Shown here in pieces: positions 38,931-48,458 of a stretch of 64,000 nucleotides of DNA (position 1 is its first letter; each line of letters starts with the position of its first letter). Source of the stretch: a virus; the IMG/VR virus record IMGVR_UViG_3300032313_001035, one strand, 5' to 3'. A program made the translations under genes and the position numbers. Below the pieces are notes generated by a model. It did no database searches. It saw nothing but the letters and a program-made list of their open reading frames with translations, and was not told the DNA's origin.

Positions 38931-40052
38931 ATGTATAACAATACGAATAACAACGTCGAATCGTTCAAGTCTCAAGTTATCGAGGCTAGATTAGTAAAGG
39001 GATTATCTTATTCCACCATCAAAAAACAATTTGGCGTTCCAAAGAGCACTGCTCAAGGATGGGTCAATAAACATAATGAATTATCTGATGTAGATATTGA
39101 TATAATTCATAATCCACCATCGGCATATGTTCAGGCTTATGCAGCAGATAATCTACAGAGAAGTAAGCAACCCAAAAATAAAAAAACAGAAGAAGATATT
39201 CTCTCATTCTTGGAGCAATTAGCACCTGTTTCTATTCCGAACAATGACTCGTATGCATCAGCAAAATATACTCATAATAATTTTGCTGTTGTCGGTTCAG
39301 ATTTTCACTTTGGTTGTCACGATAGCAAAGCAATTGATATTTTCTTGACAACAATCGATACGTTGAATCCAAGAGTCATAGTATTGAACGGTGATACTAT
39401 GGATATGTTGGCAATTTCCCGATATCCAAAAGATATTAAGAAAAATTGGTCACTACTCGACGAACGAAAAGCATATCATCAATTTTTGTCTTCGTTGATT
39501 GAAGTCTCTCGTGGAGCGGAAATTTATGAAACAGTTTCTAACCACAGTGGTCAGAGCATTGATGGTAGATGGAGACGATATTTATCTGAACGATTGGGTG
39601 AATTGAGTTCGTTACCAGACATTTCGGAAAAATTGAGTTATCAAAATGTGTTTATGGGTGATTATCAAAAACATGTTGAACACGTTGATTTCGTAGATCT
39701 GAACGGTTTGATTGTTACTCATGGCACAACAGTTCGTAAAAATGGTGGTTACTCTGCTAGAGGTGAAATTGAAAAATGGGGTTCTTCCATTCTCCATGGG
39801 CATACTCATAGAATAGGTAGCACATGTCAACGGATTCCTGCTATTGGCAATCGACCAGAGAATCAAATTTACGGTTTTGAAGGTGGTTGTTTGTGTAGTT
39901 TAGATGCATCCTATGGAACAGCTTTCAACTGGCAGCAGGGATTCAGCATCGTATCATTAGGAGAAGACGAATTTTCTTTTGGTGTGGAACAAGTTATGAT
40001 AAATAATGGTATAGCCAATGTTTCAACTCTTGGTTATACTATAAAGGCATGA
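38931..40052 (+). CDS. HTH plus calcineurin-like metallophosphoesterase
   Basis: FGVPKSTAQGW; SDFH; NGD..D; SNH; THG; HGHTHR. Confidence 0.8.
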   Translation: MYNNTNNNVESFKSQVIEARLVKGLSYSTIKKQFGVPKSTAQGWVNKHNELSDVDIDIIHNPPSAYVQAYAADNLQRSKQPKNKKTEEDILSFLEQLAPVSIPNNDSYASAKYTHNNFAVVGSDFHFGCHDSKAIDIFLTTIDTLNPRVIVLNGDTMDMLAISRYPKDIKKNWSLLDERKAYHQFLSSLIEVSRGAEIYETVSNHSGQSIDGRWRRYLSERLGELSSLPDISEKLSYQNVFMGDYQKHVEHVDFVDLNGLIVTHGTTVRKNGGYSARGEIEKWGSSILHGHTHRIGSTCQRIPAIGNRPENQIYGFEGGCLCSLDASYGTAFNWQQGFSIVSLGEDEFSFGVEQVMINNGIANVSTLGYTIKA

Positions 40053-40921
40053 CAGAAACATTTAAAATTTTTTTTGAAAGACGTGAGCGCAATCCTTTGA
40101 GAAAAGAGGAACTTCGTGATGTTGGACGTATCTCTAATATAGAATATATCGAACAGGAGAAGTCCAATCTAGACCCAGAGGATCAAGCTAAAATCGATAG
40201 AATGGTTGAATTGAAAGTTCCTGAAGAACTGATAACCAAATTTCGAAACGCCAAAATAACTGAAAAAGAAAAAAGTTTAAAACGTGATTTTCTTCGAACT
40301 AAATTAAACGAACGACAGTTGTGGTTTAAATTATTTGGTATCAAAGTGTATGTCGATGAATATGTTGAAAACCCATCAGAATTCGAGAAAAGCAGACTCA
40401 ATAATTTGACTATGAGAAGAATTATAGGAGTATTGGTTAATGAGTTTAGAGATGTGTTGCCTGTTCGAAAATTTAATATTGTTGTAACAGACAATACTAA
40501 AAATCCTATATTTCAAGAACTCAGTAAAAAAATGGATGCTACAATTCCAGGTGTTTATCGAGATCGCATAATTTATTTGAATAAATATAATATAGACGAT
40601 CCAGAGTTATTGATACACGAATACTCACACTTTATTGCTGATCGAATTCCTAATGAAATTTATCCAATGTTGAAAAGGGAATATGATAAAATGTTGGAAG
40701 AATTTTTCGGCAAAAAAACAAAAAGACAAAACTTGGCAGGTAAACGTAATAAATCTTTGAGAGCAGAAGTTGCCAAAAAAATGAATCTTCCATCTGAATA
40801 CTCTGCGACTAATCCAGATGAATGGTTTGCCGAATTGATGCAAAATTGGAAAAATTTTCCAAATAATAAAAAAACATATAGATTTAAAAGTATTTTGAAA
40901 AAAATAATTGGTAGATTATGA
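40049..40921 (+). CDS. Zincin metallopeptidase
   Basis: LIHEYSHF...SEYSATNPDEWFAE. Confidence 0.7.
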   Translation: MTETFKIFFERRERNPLRKEELRDVGRISNIEYIEQEKSNLDPEDQAKIDRMVELKVPEELITKFRNAKITEKEKSLKRDFLRTKLNERQLWFKLFGIKVYVDEYVENPSEFEKSRLNNLTMRRIIGVLVNEFRDVLPVRKFNIVVTDNTKNPIFQELSKKMDATIPGVYRDRIIYLNKYNIDDPELLIHEYSHFIADRIPNEIYPMLKREYDKMLEEFFGKKTKRQNLAGKRNKSLRAEVAKKMNLPSEYSATNPDEWFAELMQNWKNFPNNKKTYRFKSILKKIIGRL

Positions 40922-41091
40922 AAGATAAATTTAATTATGGAAATTATATGATTTCCTATAGAAAAGAAAAAGATGGTCTTTTGCATTTCTTAAAAAAGAA
41001 AATTGATAAATTAGAAGACGCACTTAAAGAACACCACAAACTACAGGATTTGGGGTATCATGATGTTTTAATTAAAAAATTTAATCCATGA
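40918..41091 (+). CDS. Small hypothetical protein (57 aa)
   Basis: ATGA overlaps at both ends; below ORF-track cutoff. Confidence 0.5.
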   Translation: MKDKFNYGNYMISYRKEKDGLLHFLKKKIDKLEDALKEHHKLQDLGYHDVLIKKFNP

Positions 41092-41276
41092 AATATACTG
41101 GGAGTATTAATAATTATTCCTTCATTATGAAGGAAGGTGATGACGTAATTGAAGTGTGGGCAGATTTGGAGGCAACATACCCCGAATCCTACATTTACTT
41201 AAAAGAAGGAGAAATCAAAAATGAGCGACAATTTCATATGGAAATAATGGCATGGTGGTCTAGGCATAAAAACTAG
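41088..41276 (+). CDS. Hypothetical protein
   Basis: ORF with ATGA coupling. Confidence 0.5.
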   Translation: MKYTGSINNYSFIMKEGDDVIEVWADLEATYPESYIYLKEGEIKNERQFHMEIMAWWSRHKN

Positions 41277-41284
41277 ATTATCAT
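41267..41284 (+). promoter_or_regulatory. TAAAAAC-box promoter
   Basis: TAAAAACTAG-AT-TATCAT; ATG 6 nt downstream. Confidence 0.6.
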
Positions 41285-41290
41285 GTCGCC

Positions 41291-41698
41291 ATGAGTAAAA
41301 AAGTTATTATTCTCAGAGGTTGCAGTGGTGCTGGTAAATCTACCGTAGCTCACCTGTTTAGTGGAAAATCGGTCATTTGCACTGCTGATGATTTTTTCTA
41401 TGATGAAAAAGGTGTATACAATTTCGATGCATCCAAATTGTCAGACGCTCACACTGATTGCCGTTTGAAATTTGTTACTGCTATCCATGATGATAGCATA
41501 GATACTATTATCGTGGCTAATACCAACACCCAAGAAAAAGAATTTGATTTTTATCTTGATTATGCTAAACAACTTGATATTATGTATTTCTCTTTGGTAA
41601 TCGAGAATCGCCATGGTAATGAAAATGTTCATGGTGTTCCAAATTATGTATTGGAACGGCAAAGAGACAACATTATACAAAACTTAAGATTGATTTAA
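41291..41698 (+). CDS. P-loop polynucleotide kinase-like protein
   Basis: ILRGCSGAGKST; TADDFF; AH..C; VANTN; NVHGVP. Confidence 0.8.
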   Translation: MSKKVIILRGCSGAGKSTVAHLFSGKSVICTADDFFYDEKGVYNFDASKLSDAHTDCRLKFVTAIHDDSIDTIIVANTNTQEKEFDFYLDYAKQLDIMYFSLVIENRHGNENVHGVPNYVLERQRDNIIQNLRLI

Positions 41699-41699
41699 T

Positions 41700-42380
41700 A
41701 TGATTATAATACTGGGAGATACCCATGGTGAATGGGGGAAATTATTTGATAAACTCAAAAGAACGAATATTACCAATTCTACTATTATTCACGTTGGGGA
41801 TATGGGAATTGGTTATAGACACGATCTTGATGAAAATATCGAATTGTTGGAGCGTATCAATGACATCTTAGCTCAAGATAATAATACAATTTTGGGTATT
41901 CGTGGTAATCACGACAATCCAAATTTTTTCAATGGTGATTATGTTTATTCTAATCTTAAATTGTTGCCTGATTACACGACAATAGATTTAGATGGTGAAA
42001 AATTTATGTTTATCGGTGGGGCTACCAGTATCGATAGAACATTGAATATTGAAAATAAGACTTGGTGGAAAGATGAAGTGTTAGTTTTGGATGAAGCAAA
42101 ACTCGAAGGACAATTCTGTGATGTTCTAATAACTCATACTGCTCCAAGTTGGATTGGTCCTACAGGTCAAGGTTCGATCAAATGGTTTCTTGACAAAGAC
42201 CCAACTCTGTGGGATGAATTGGTGGCAGAACGACAAAAAATGAATCGTATAATCGAGATACTCAAACCAAAAACACATTATTGTGGTCATTTCCACATGA
42301 ATTGCACAGTTAAGAATGATACTATCCACTCACGGATTTTGAGTATACACGAAATGTTGGAACATAATAAAAACTCTTAA
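41700..42380 (+). CDS. Calcineurin-like metallophosphoesterase
   Basis: GDTHG; GDMG; RGNHD; THTAP; GHFH. Confidence 0.88.
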   Translation: MIIILGDTHGEWGKLFDKLKRTNITNSTIIHVGDMGIGYRHDLDENIELLERINDILAQDNNTILGIRGNHDNPNFFNGDYVYSNLKLLPDYTTIDLDGEKFMFIGGATSIDRTLNIENKTWWKDEVLVLDEAKLEGQFCDVLITHTAPSWIGPTGQGSIKWFLDKDPTLWDELVAERQKMNRIIEILKPKTHYCGHFHMNCTVKNDTIHSRILSIHEMLEHNKNS

Positions 42381-42386
42381 AAATAA

Positions 42387-43361
42387 ATGATAAAAATATT
42401 AGTCGGTAATTGTTTAGATACATTGAAAAATGTAAAAGATGGAAGCGTTAATTGCTGTGTTACCTCGCCCCCTTACTATGGGCTACGAGATTATCAAGTC
42501 GATGGGCAACTGGGTTTGGAAGAAACACCAGAGCAATATGTCCAAAACATGGTAGAAGTGTTTAGAGAGATTAAACGAATTCTTAAAGACGATGGCACTC
42601 TTTGGTTGAATTTGGGTGATAGTTATGCTGGTAGTGGAAAGGGGAGATGGGGTGATGGTAAAAGTTATGCCACTGGCAAACAAGCTACCTCAAAAGGAAC
42701 TACCAATGGTGTTTTGATTAAATCTCATACTCCTAATCTAAAACCAAAAGATTTGATCGGTATTCCTTGGAAGGTTGCATTTGCTCTACAAGCTGATGGT
42801 TGGTATCTTCGTCAAGACATCATTTGGCACAAACCAAATCCTATGCCAGAAAGTGTGCGTGATAGATGCACTAAAGCACATGAATATATTTTTCTTCTCA
42901 GTAAGTCTTCGAAATATTATTATGATTGCGATGCAATTAAAGAACCTTGCAAACAGGATTGGGGAACACGTAATCGAGCAAACGGCAAATATCATAACGA
43001 AGGTACAGGATTACAACCTCACACTGGATTGGAAAAATCATATACTATGGCTAATAAAAGGTCTGTGTGGTCAGTCACAAGCAAACCATTCAAAGGTGCT
43101 CATTTCGCGACATTTCCTCAAGATTTGATCAAACCATGTGTTATTGCTGGTTGTCCAGAGAATGGCGTGGTGTTAGATCCATTCGGTGGTAGCGGCACTA
43201 CATCTATTGTTGCTGAAAAAAATAATAGAAATAGTATCATATGTGAAATGAATCCTGAATATGTAGAGTTAGCTAATAATCGTATCATCGGCGAATGTTC
43301 TGATGTGGACGTAGAAATTGTAAAAACCACTCTACAATCGGAACATGATTCATCTACCTAA
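42387..43361 (+). CDS. DNA methyltransferase (beta class, N4-C/N6-A)
   Basis: TSPPYY; HFATFP; LDPFGGSGTT. Confidence 0.92.
   Translation: MIKILVGNCLDTLKNVKDGSVNCCVTSPPYYGLRDYQVDGQLGLEETPEQYVQNMVEVFREIKRILKDDGTLWLNLGDSYAGSGKGRWGDGKSYATGKQATSKGTTNGVLIKSHTPNLKPKDLIGIPWKVAFALQADGWYLRQDIIWHKPNPMPESVRDRCTKAHEYIFLLSKSSKYYYDCDAIKEPCKQDWGTRNRANGKYHNEGTGLQPHTGLEKSYTMANKRSVWSVTSKPFKGAHFATFPQDLIKPCVIAGCPENGVVLDPFGGSGTTSIVAEKNNRNSIICEMNPEYVELANNRIIGECSDVDVEIVKTTLQSEHDSST
43321..43338 (+). promoter_or_regulatory. TAAAAAC-box promoter
   Basis: TAAAAACCAC-TC-TACAAT; ATG 6 nt downstream. Confidence 0.7.
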
Positions 43362-44433
43362 TCCAGAACAATTTATTTATCGCGATTGCGTTATCGGCGG
43401 TGATGAATGTGTCCACATCAGTCCCAATAAGATTGATGTAGATTGGAATGATGAAAATTTGATGTTCCGTTCCATAATTCTTCGTAAATCTGATCATCAT
43501 GTTGTGAGCAGAGGATTCGATAAATTTTTTAATTTGGGAGAAAATGTCAAATCTGATAAAATGTTGGAGACTGCCAAGTCTATTGATTATTTGAATAAAG
43601 AAGACGGTTCTCTTCTCATATGGGGTTATCACAACGGTCAATTGATTCATAGAACTAGAGGCACGGTAACTGCTGAAATCATGCCGAATGGTAACGAAAT
43701 TGAATTTCTTATCAATAAATATAAAAATCTTGTGGAATGGGTTAAAACTCATTCAAATTTCAGTGTTCTGACTGAATGGTTGACACCCACCAATATTATT
43801 GTTATTTCTGGTTATGATGAACCTCAATTAAAATTTTTGGGTGTAATAGATAACCAGACAGGTGAATTGATAAAATATGAAAATCTAATCGAAATAGCAT
43901 TAGAAATTGATGTTCCTTTGGTCGAGCGATTTCAATACACTTCAATTAAAGAGTGTGTCCAAGATGTTAATGCTTGGAAAGGTAAAGAAGGTGTAGTTGT
44001 TTATCTTAGAAATGATAGTGATACCACTTTATTAAAAATTAAAAGCGAATGGTATTTGAAATTGCATCGAATCGCCACTGGCATGAGCAGCATCAAAAAC
44101 GTTTTGGACGTATTTATGGATTCTCCTAGATATACCACGTTTCAAGAATTTTATGATTATATTGTAAGAACTATGGATTTCGAGGTGGCTGAAAAAATTA
44201 AGATTGAAATACAAAAAATCGTTGATGAGTATGCCGCATATTTAAAAATTCTCGAAAAAATTAAATTTGATGTAGACAATATTAAAAAAATAAATGATCG
44301 GAAGTCGCAAGCAAAAATAATTTTGGAAAATTATAAGGGTAGTTTATCAGCAATCGCTTTTTCGACTCTTGACAATAAGCCAATACCTGATAAAGTATTA
44401 TTCAACATATTATTAGAAAATTTAAAAAAATGA
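43345..44433 (+). CDS. rnl1: RNA ligase 1 (T4 Rnl1-like)
   Basis: FDKFFNLGE; KEDGSL; TRG; EGVVV; KIKSEWY..LHR. Confidence 0.88.
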   Translation: MIHLPNPEQFIYRDCVIGGDECVHISPNKIDVDWNDENLMFRSIILRKSDHHVVSRGFDKFFNLGENVKSDKMLETAKSIDYLNKEDGSLLIWGYHNGQLIHRTRGTVTAEIMPNGNEIEFLINKYKNLVEWVKTHSNFSVLTEWLTPTNIIVISGYDEPQLKFLGVIDNQTGELIKYENLIEIALEIDVPLVERFQYTSIKECVQDVNAWKGKEGVVVYLRNDSDTTLLKIKSEWYLKLHRIATGMSSIKNVLDVFMDSPRYTTFQEFYDYIVRTMDFEVAEKIKIEIQKIVDEYAAYLKILEKIKFDVDNIKKINDRKSQAKIILENYKGSLSAIAFSTLDNKPIPDKVLFNILLENLKK

Positions 44434-44693
44434 AATATATATTAGCGACATCAAAAACCTGTGGTCCTTGCAAAGTTCTTAAAAATCAACTTGAAACCCT
44501 TGATATACAAATTGATATTAAAGATTATTCTATGCCTGAAAACATCAAATGGTTCAAGGACAAGTCTATTAGATCAGTTCCAGTATTACTCATCGAAGAT
44601 GATAATGGTCAAGAAATTGAAATTGTTCACAGCGTCGAATCAATTTTGCAAAAATTGACAGATGTTAAAAACAACTCTACAATAGACTCATGA
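44430..44693 (+). CDS. Glutaredoxin/thioredoxin-like protein
   Basis: CGPC; IRSVP. Confidence 0.8.
   Translation: MKYILATSKTCGPCKVLKNQLETLDIQIDIKDYSMPENIKWFKDKSIRSVPVLLIEDDNGQEIEIVHSVESILQKLTDVKNNSTIDS
44655..44683 (+). promoter_or_regulatory. Sigma70-type promoter containing TAAAAAC box
   Basis: TTGACA-17nt-TACAAT with TAAAAACAAC in the spacer; ATG 6 nt downstream. Confidence 0.75.
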
Positions 44694-44872
44694 AAAAGAA
44701 CAGAACCCGTAAGCAAATTGAAAAATGGGTGAAGACTCTGATTGATGAAAATGGGCTTACTTTAGAAACCATGATTGAAGCATACATGAGTGGGGTGCTT
44801 GATGGAGCAGTTGATCACAAACTCGTTGATCGTGTATTGAAGATCATTGGTGAAAAAAATAATATATTATGA
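44690..44872 (+). CDS. Hypothetical protein
   Basis: ORF after promoter. Confidence 0.5.
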   Translation: MKKNRTRKQIEKWVKTLIDENGLTLETMIEAYMSGVLDGAVDHKLVDRVLKIIGEKNNIL

Positions 44873-45063
44873 ATATTGAAAGAAAAGTTACTTGTGATAT
44901 AAGTTCTATCTCTGGTGATGATGGTGAAGATAGCTTTCATCAGCGTTGGGATGAAGAATTGGAAAAACTATAAACTAAATAATAAAATGAAACTAATGAA
45001 AATATATACAGGTTCGACCTGTAACAAATAACGAGCGTTAAGCTTAATAACTATAATTAAATT

Positions 45064-45570
45064 ATGAGTGTATATTTTCTGGGTGATCCGCATCTGGGTC
45101 ACAAAGCAATCGGACGTTATCGTCCATGGGTTAAAGATAGTGCGGCGAACACTGCGCTTATTCATAAACTATGGCGTGACACGATTAAAAAGAGTGACAT
45201 CGTATATGTCATGGGCGATGCAGCATTCTCTGATGATGAACTCATCGCAATGGGCAATCTGCGGGGTCGTAAGATTCTCATCAAAGGCAATCACGATGAC
45301 TTTGTAAGCACTTCGCTACAGACTCAGGTGTTCGAAGAAATTCACGGCATCATCAAGTATAAAGCTATGTGGCTAAGTCATGCACCGATCCACCCTGCGG
45401 AGCTCCGTGGCAAAAAGAATGTGCATGGACACACGCATATGAAAAGCGTTCGTACTTGGTATGGAACTCTTGACAAGCGTTACTATAATACTTGTGTCGA
45501 TGTGGTTTACCCGAAGACTGGCAATATATTTGTGAATCTTGAAACGGTTAAAAGTTATTTTGGATTATGA
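45064..45570 (+). CDS. Calcineurin-like phosphoesterase
   Basis: GDPHLGH; MGD; KGNHD; SHAP; HGHTH. Confidence 0.88.
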   Translation: MSVYFLGDPHLGHKAIGRYRPWVKDSAANTALIHKLWRDTIKKSDIVYVMGDAAFSDDELIAMGNLRGRKILIKGNHDDFVSTSLQTQVFEEIHGIIKYKAMWLSHAPIHPAELRGKKNVHGHTHMKSVRTWYGTLDKRYYNTCVDVVYPKTGNIFVNLETVKSYFGL

Positions 45571-45779
45571 ATATTGGAGAGGAAATGAAAGATACAGTCT
45601 ATCAATCACTTTGGTATTCAGTTCATAAATTAGTTCGTGATGCAGTTTGGAGCTCGGTTCATAATAGAATTAGCGGTTCATTTTTACAATGCGGTCGGTT
45701 GACATTTAACGACTCTGAATTTAGTTCAGTCCGAGATACAATAAAAGAATACAAATACCAATCGTATGATTTTAAATGA
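45567..45779 (+). CDS. MNI/SV-repeat micro-protein family member
   Basis: MNIGEE..SLWYSVHKLVRDAVWSSVH..EYKY. Confidence 0.6.
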   Translation: MNIGEEMKDTVYQSLWYSVHKLVRDAVWSSVHNRISGSFLQCGRLTFNDSEFSSVRDTIKEYKYQSYDFK

Positions 45780-45981
45780 TGGTGTTGAAGATACCGTATG
45801 CTTTCATACAGGCTATCGTACAAGAACTGCGCTCATCAATGAACTTGGCTATGCCGTATGGAAAACTGGATTGACTGTTGTTAATCAGGCAAGTGAAGGT
45901 GTCATAACAAACGGTCTAGAGGTTCGTGGTGTATTAAATGATTGCTTCTCAGAACATGAAAATATATATTATAAATTTTAA
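45766..45981 (+). CDS. Diverged micro-protein family member
   Basis: Similar size, overlap and EHE end. Confidence 0.4.
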   Translation: MILNDGVEDTVCFHTGYRTRTALINELGYAVWKTGLTVVNQASEGVITNGLEVRGVLNDCFSEHENIYYKF

Positions 45982-45990
45982 AATTGACAT

Positions 45991-46233
45991 ATGAAATTAA
46001 CTCTTTTGACTTACAGTGCGTGTGGTCTCTGTTTTTCTCTCAAAAAAAGATTAGAAAAACATGAACTTGTCGTAAACACCTTACAATATACTGATCCTGA
46101 ATACTTGTCATTTTACAAAAAACATGGGGTGGAATCGCTTCCTACGTTAATTGTGGAAGATGGGGAGCATGTGGAAAAAATCACCAGTAACGATGACATT
46201 TTTAATTTTGTGGAAAACCATTTCAAATCTTGA
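45991..46233 (+). CDS. Thioredoxin/glutaredoxin-like protein
   Basis: CGLC; GVESLPTL. Confidence 0.75.
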   Translation: MKLTLLTYSACGLCFSLKKRLEKHELVVNTLQYTDPEYLSFYKKHGVESLPTLIVEDGEHVEKITSNDDIFNFVENHFKS

Positions 46234-46235
46234 GA

Positions 46236-46253
46236 TAAAAACCACATTACCAT
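46236..46253 (+). promoter_or_regulatory. TAAAAAC-box promoter
   Basis: TAAAAACCAC-AT-TACCAT; ATG 6 nt downstream. Confidence 0.7.
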
Positions 46254-46259
46254 ATCGCC

Positions 46260-46298
46260 ATGAATATTTTCTTCACCTCGCCCGAACCATTTCAATAA
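46260..46298 (+). pseudogene. Orphaned 5' remnant of the glycosylase-like gene (MNIFFTSPEPFQ*)
   Basis: Matches N-terminus MNIFATSNDPFQ of 47244. Confidence 0.7.
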
Positions 46299-46301
46299 TA
46301 A

Positions 46302-47165
46302 TTATTCCAGATATTTGAATGTGTAACCTTTGCAAGTTTTTGTCCTACCTGATAATTGATGTGAAATTTGTGCGGGATCACAATCAGTTTGATATCCCGC
46401 TTCTTTTATAGAATTGAATATTTTCCCATCGGATCTTATGATTTTTTTTCCATTTTTTCCAATTCTTGACAATGACATATTTTTGACATGAGACTCTGAA
46501 AATTTCATTCCAATTCTCCCCTTTGATATATTTTCTCGAATTTGATTTGATCTTTTTTGTCCCAGTAATGGATTTGGTTTGTTTTTTGTAATAAATCTCA
46601 ATTTCAATTCATTTAAATCAAAATCTTTTAAATAAAACCAAAATTTGTTATGTAAATTACTATAATTATGTTTAACTATTTTTTTCATTGTTACACACCC
46701 AAGAAATTGTGGTCCTATATGTGGATATTTTTTAGAAACCTCTGCAACATAATCAAAGTATTCAACCTCTCCCGTGATTATATCATAAGATACAATAGGT
46801 TTTCTATTTGGACATTGTTTTCCTTTATTATGCGGCACGATACCATACATTCCATTCATTTCTCCTACAGGACATGGCGTAGCGTGTTCTCTGCCATTGT
46901 AGCCTTTGTTGTACGAGTTGTGATAGTTTATCCAATATTGTTCTCGTTCTGCAAGCATTTCTTGATTGATATTTTGTTCAAGTATGATAAATTCAAAAGA
47001 TTCTTCTCCGTATTTGTCCCACGCTCTTTGGAGTTTCCTAGAGTGGTGTTCTTTTTTATTTAAACGTCTGATGTGCTCTGATTTTCTTTTGTGGAAAGTT
47101 CTGCCAGTAGCTCCAATGTAAAATTTTTTGTTGACATTACACTTCATCCCATATACTATGTTCAT
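46302..47165 (-). mobile_element. Free-standing GIY-YIG homing endonuclease with NUMOD3/NUMOD1-like domains
   Basis: IVYG...FYIG; REQYWI; KGYN; KFSESH; FNSIKEA; own TAAATA promoter. Confidence 0.88.
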
Positions 47166-47243
47166 ACACTTATATTTAACTTTGAATTCAAAAAATATTT
47201 TAATTACCTGCTTTTTATAAAAACTAAACACAATTATTGAACA

Positions 47244-47726
47244 ATGAACATTTTTGCAACTTCCAATGACCCTTTTCAAGCCGCAATGTGGCTGTGTGAC
47301 AAACACATGAAGCAATTATTAGAAAGCTGTCAAATGCTTTGCACAGCATTTCATGAGCAAGGCATTACCGCCCCTTATAAACCATCGCATCGTAATCACC
47401 CCAGTTCTATTTGGACACGTGCAAGCTATGACAATTTTCAATGGCTTATTGCACACGCTCACGGTATCTCAGAAGAATACACTGCTCGTTATGGTAAAAC
47501 ACATAAATCTAAAGCAGTTTTAGACTGGTGTGAGGACAACGCTCATAAACTTGGATTCGACACTATCGATCTTACTAAGTTTGCTATTGCAATCGCAGAA
47601 AACATGTTGTGTCGCAAGCATCCAGACTTCACCGAGAGTGACCCTGTTAACGCATACAGACTTTACTACAAATTAGACAAACAACATCTCCATGCTTGGA
47701 AACGAAACAGACCAGACTGGTTATGA
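47244..47726 (+). CDS. Pyrimidine-dimer DNA glycosylase/DenV-related protein
   Basis: MNIF..DP..CDKH..ESCQML; YKPSHRNHPSSIW; EYTARYGKTH; AYRLYY. Confidence 0.8.
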   Translation: MNIFATSNDPFQAAMWLCDKHMKQLLESCQMLCTAFHEQGITAPYKPSHRNHPSSIWTRASYDNFQWLIAHAHGISEEYTARYGKTHKSKAVLDWCEDNAHKLGFDTIDLTKFAIAIAENMLCRKHPDFTESDPVNAYRLYYKLDKQHLHAWKRNRPDWL

Positions 47727-47738
47727 AAAAATATAAAA

Positions 47739-48014
47739 ATGAAATCACAGATTACTAATATGACATTGCAACAAAAAATAGATGACTACCTTGAAGATGA
47801 ATCTATCTTACTCGCAGATGGATTTGATGAAGCGTTCATCGGGATTGCACGACAATTCACAAACCTATTTGCTGTGTATGATCGAGAGAAGTGTATCGAG
47901 ATTCTTACTGCTAATGGTATTACCGAAGACGAAGCTGAGGAGTATTTCCAGTTCAATGTCGAAGGAGCATACGTAGGAGAAAGCACACCTGCATTTTTGA
48001 CGAGATTGTCTTAG
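47739..48014 (+). CDS. Conserved phage hypothetical protein
   Basis: ADGFDEAFIG..AVYD..EEYFQFNVEGAYVGESTP. Confidence 0.7.
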   Translation: MKSQITNMTLQQKIDDYLEDESILLADGFDEAFIGIARQFTNLFAVYDREKCIEILTANGITEDEAEEYFQFNVEGAYVGESTPAFLTRLS

Positions 48015-48114
48015 TTCTACGCAAGGAATTTAAACTGACATTATACAAATGAATTTTAAGAAAAGGCAAACGAATGCATCTTACATTCAGTCGCAAAATT
48101 TTATCATTTGATAA

Positions 48115-48132
48115 TAAAAACCACACTACAAT
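48115..48132 (+). promoter_or_regulatory. TAAAAAC-box promoter
   Basis: TAAAAACCAC-AC-TACAAT. Confidence 0.7.
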
Positions 48133-48160
48133 AACGACATCGATTTGAACACAAAAGAAT

Positions 48161-48454
48161 ATGTTTAATTTATTCACAATTTTGATTGGTTTATTATTAT
48201 TCAATGCTGGTTATTATTATATGCCAATGATTGGAATTATTTTAATGTTATTGGGTGGATATATCTTATCTCGTCTGATGGCTGGTGAATCGAATACACC
48301 CATTTACTTTTTCATTGGGTTGAGCATGTTAGTTCCATCGTGTTTTATGTTGGTCTCATTCTTTGAAAAAAATCAATTCGAATATTCTCAAACATTCAAA
48401 TATCTACTGTGCCTTTGCGGTGCAGTCACTACATGGTTATCAGTAAAAAAATAA
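48161..48454 (+). CDS. Small multi-pass membrane protein
   Basis: Several hydrophobic segments. Confidence 0.6.
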   Translation: MFNLFTILIGLLLFNAGYYYMPMIGIILMLLGGYILSRLMAGESNTPIYFFIGLSMLVPSCFMLVSFFEKNQFEYSQTFKYLLCLCGAVTTWLSVKK

Positions 48455-48458
48455 AAAT

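Noticed and set aside
46260-47244. Group I intron carrying the GIY-YIG gene
   Set aside because: Endonuclease is antisense, flanks are too short for a ribozyme core, and the downstream gene has its own full start
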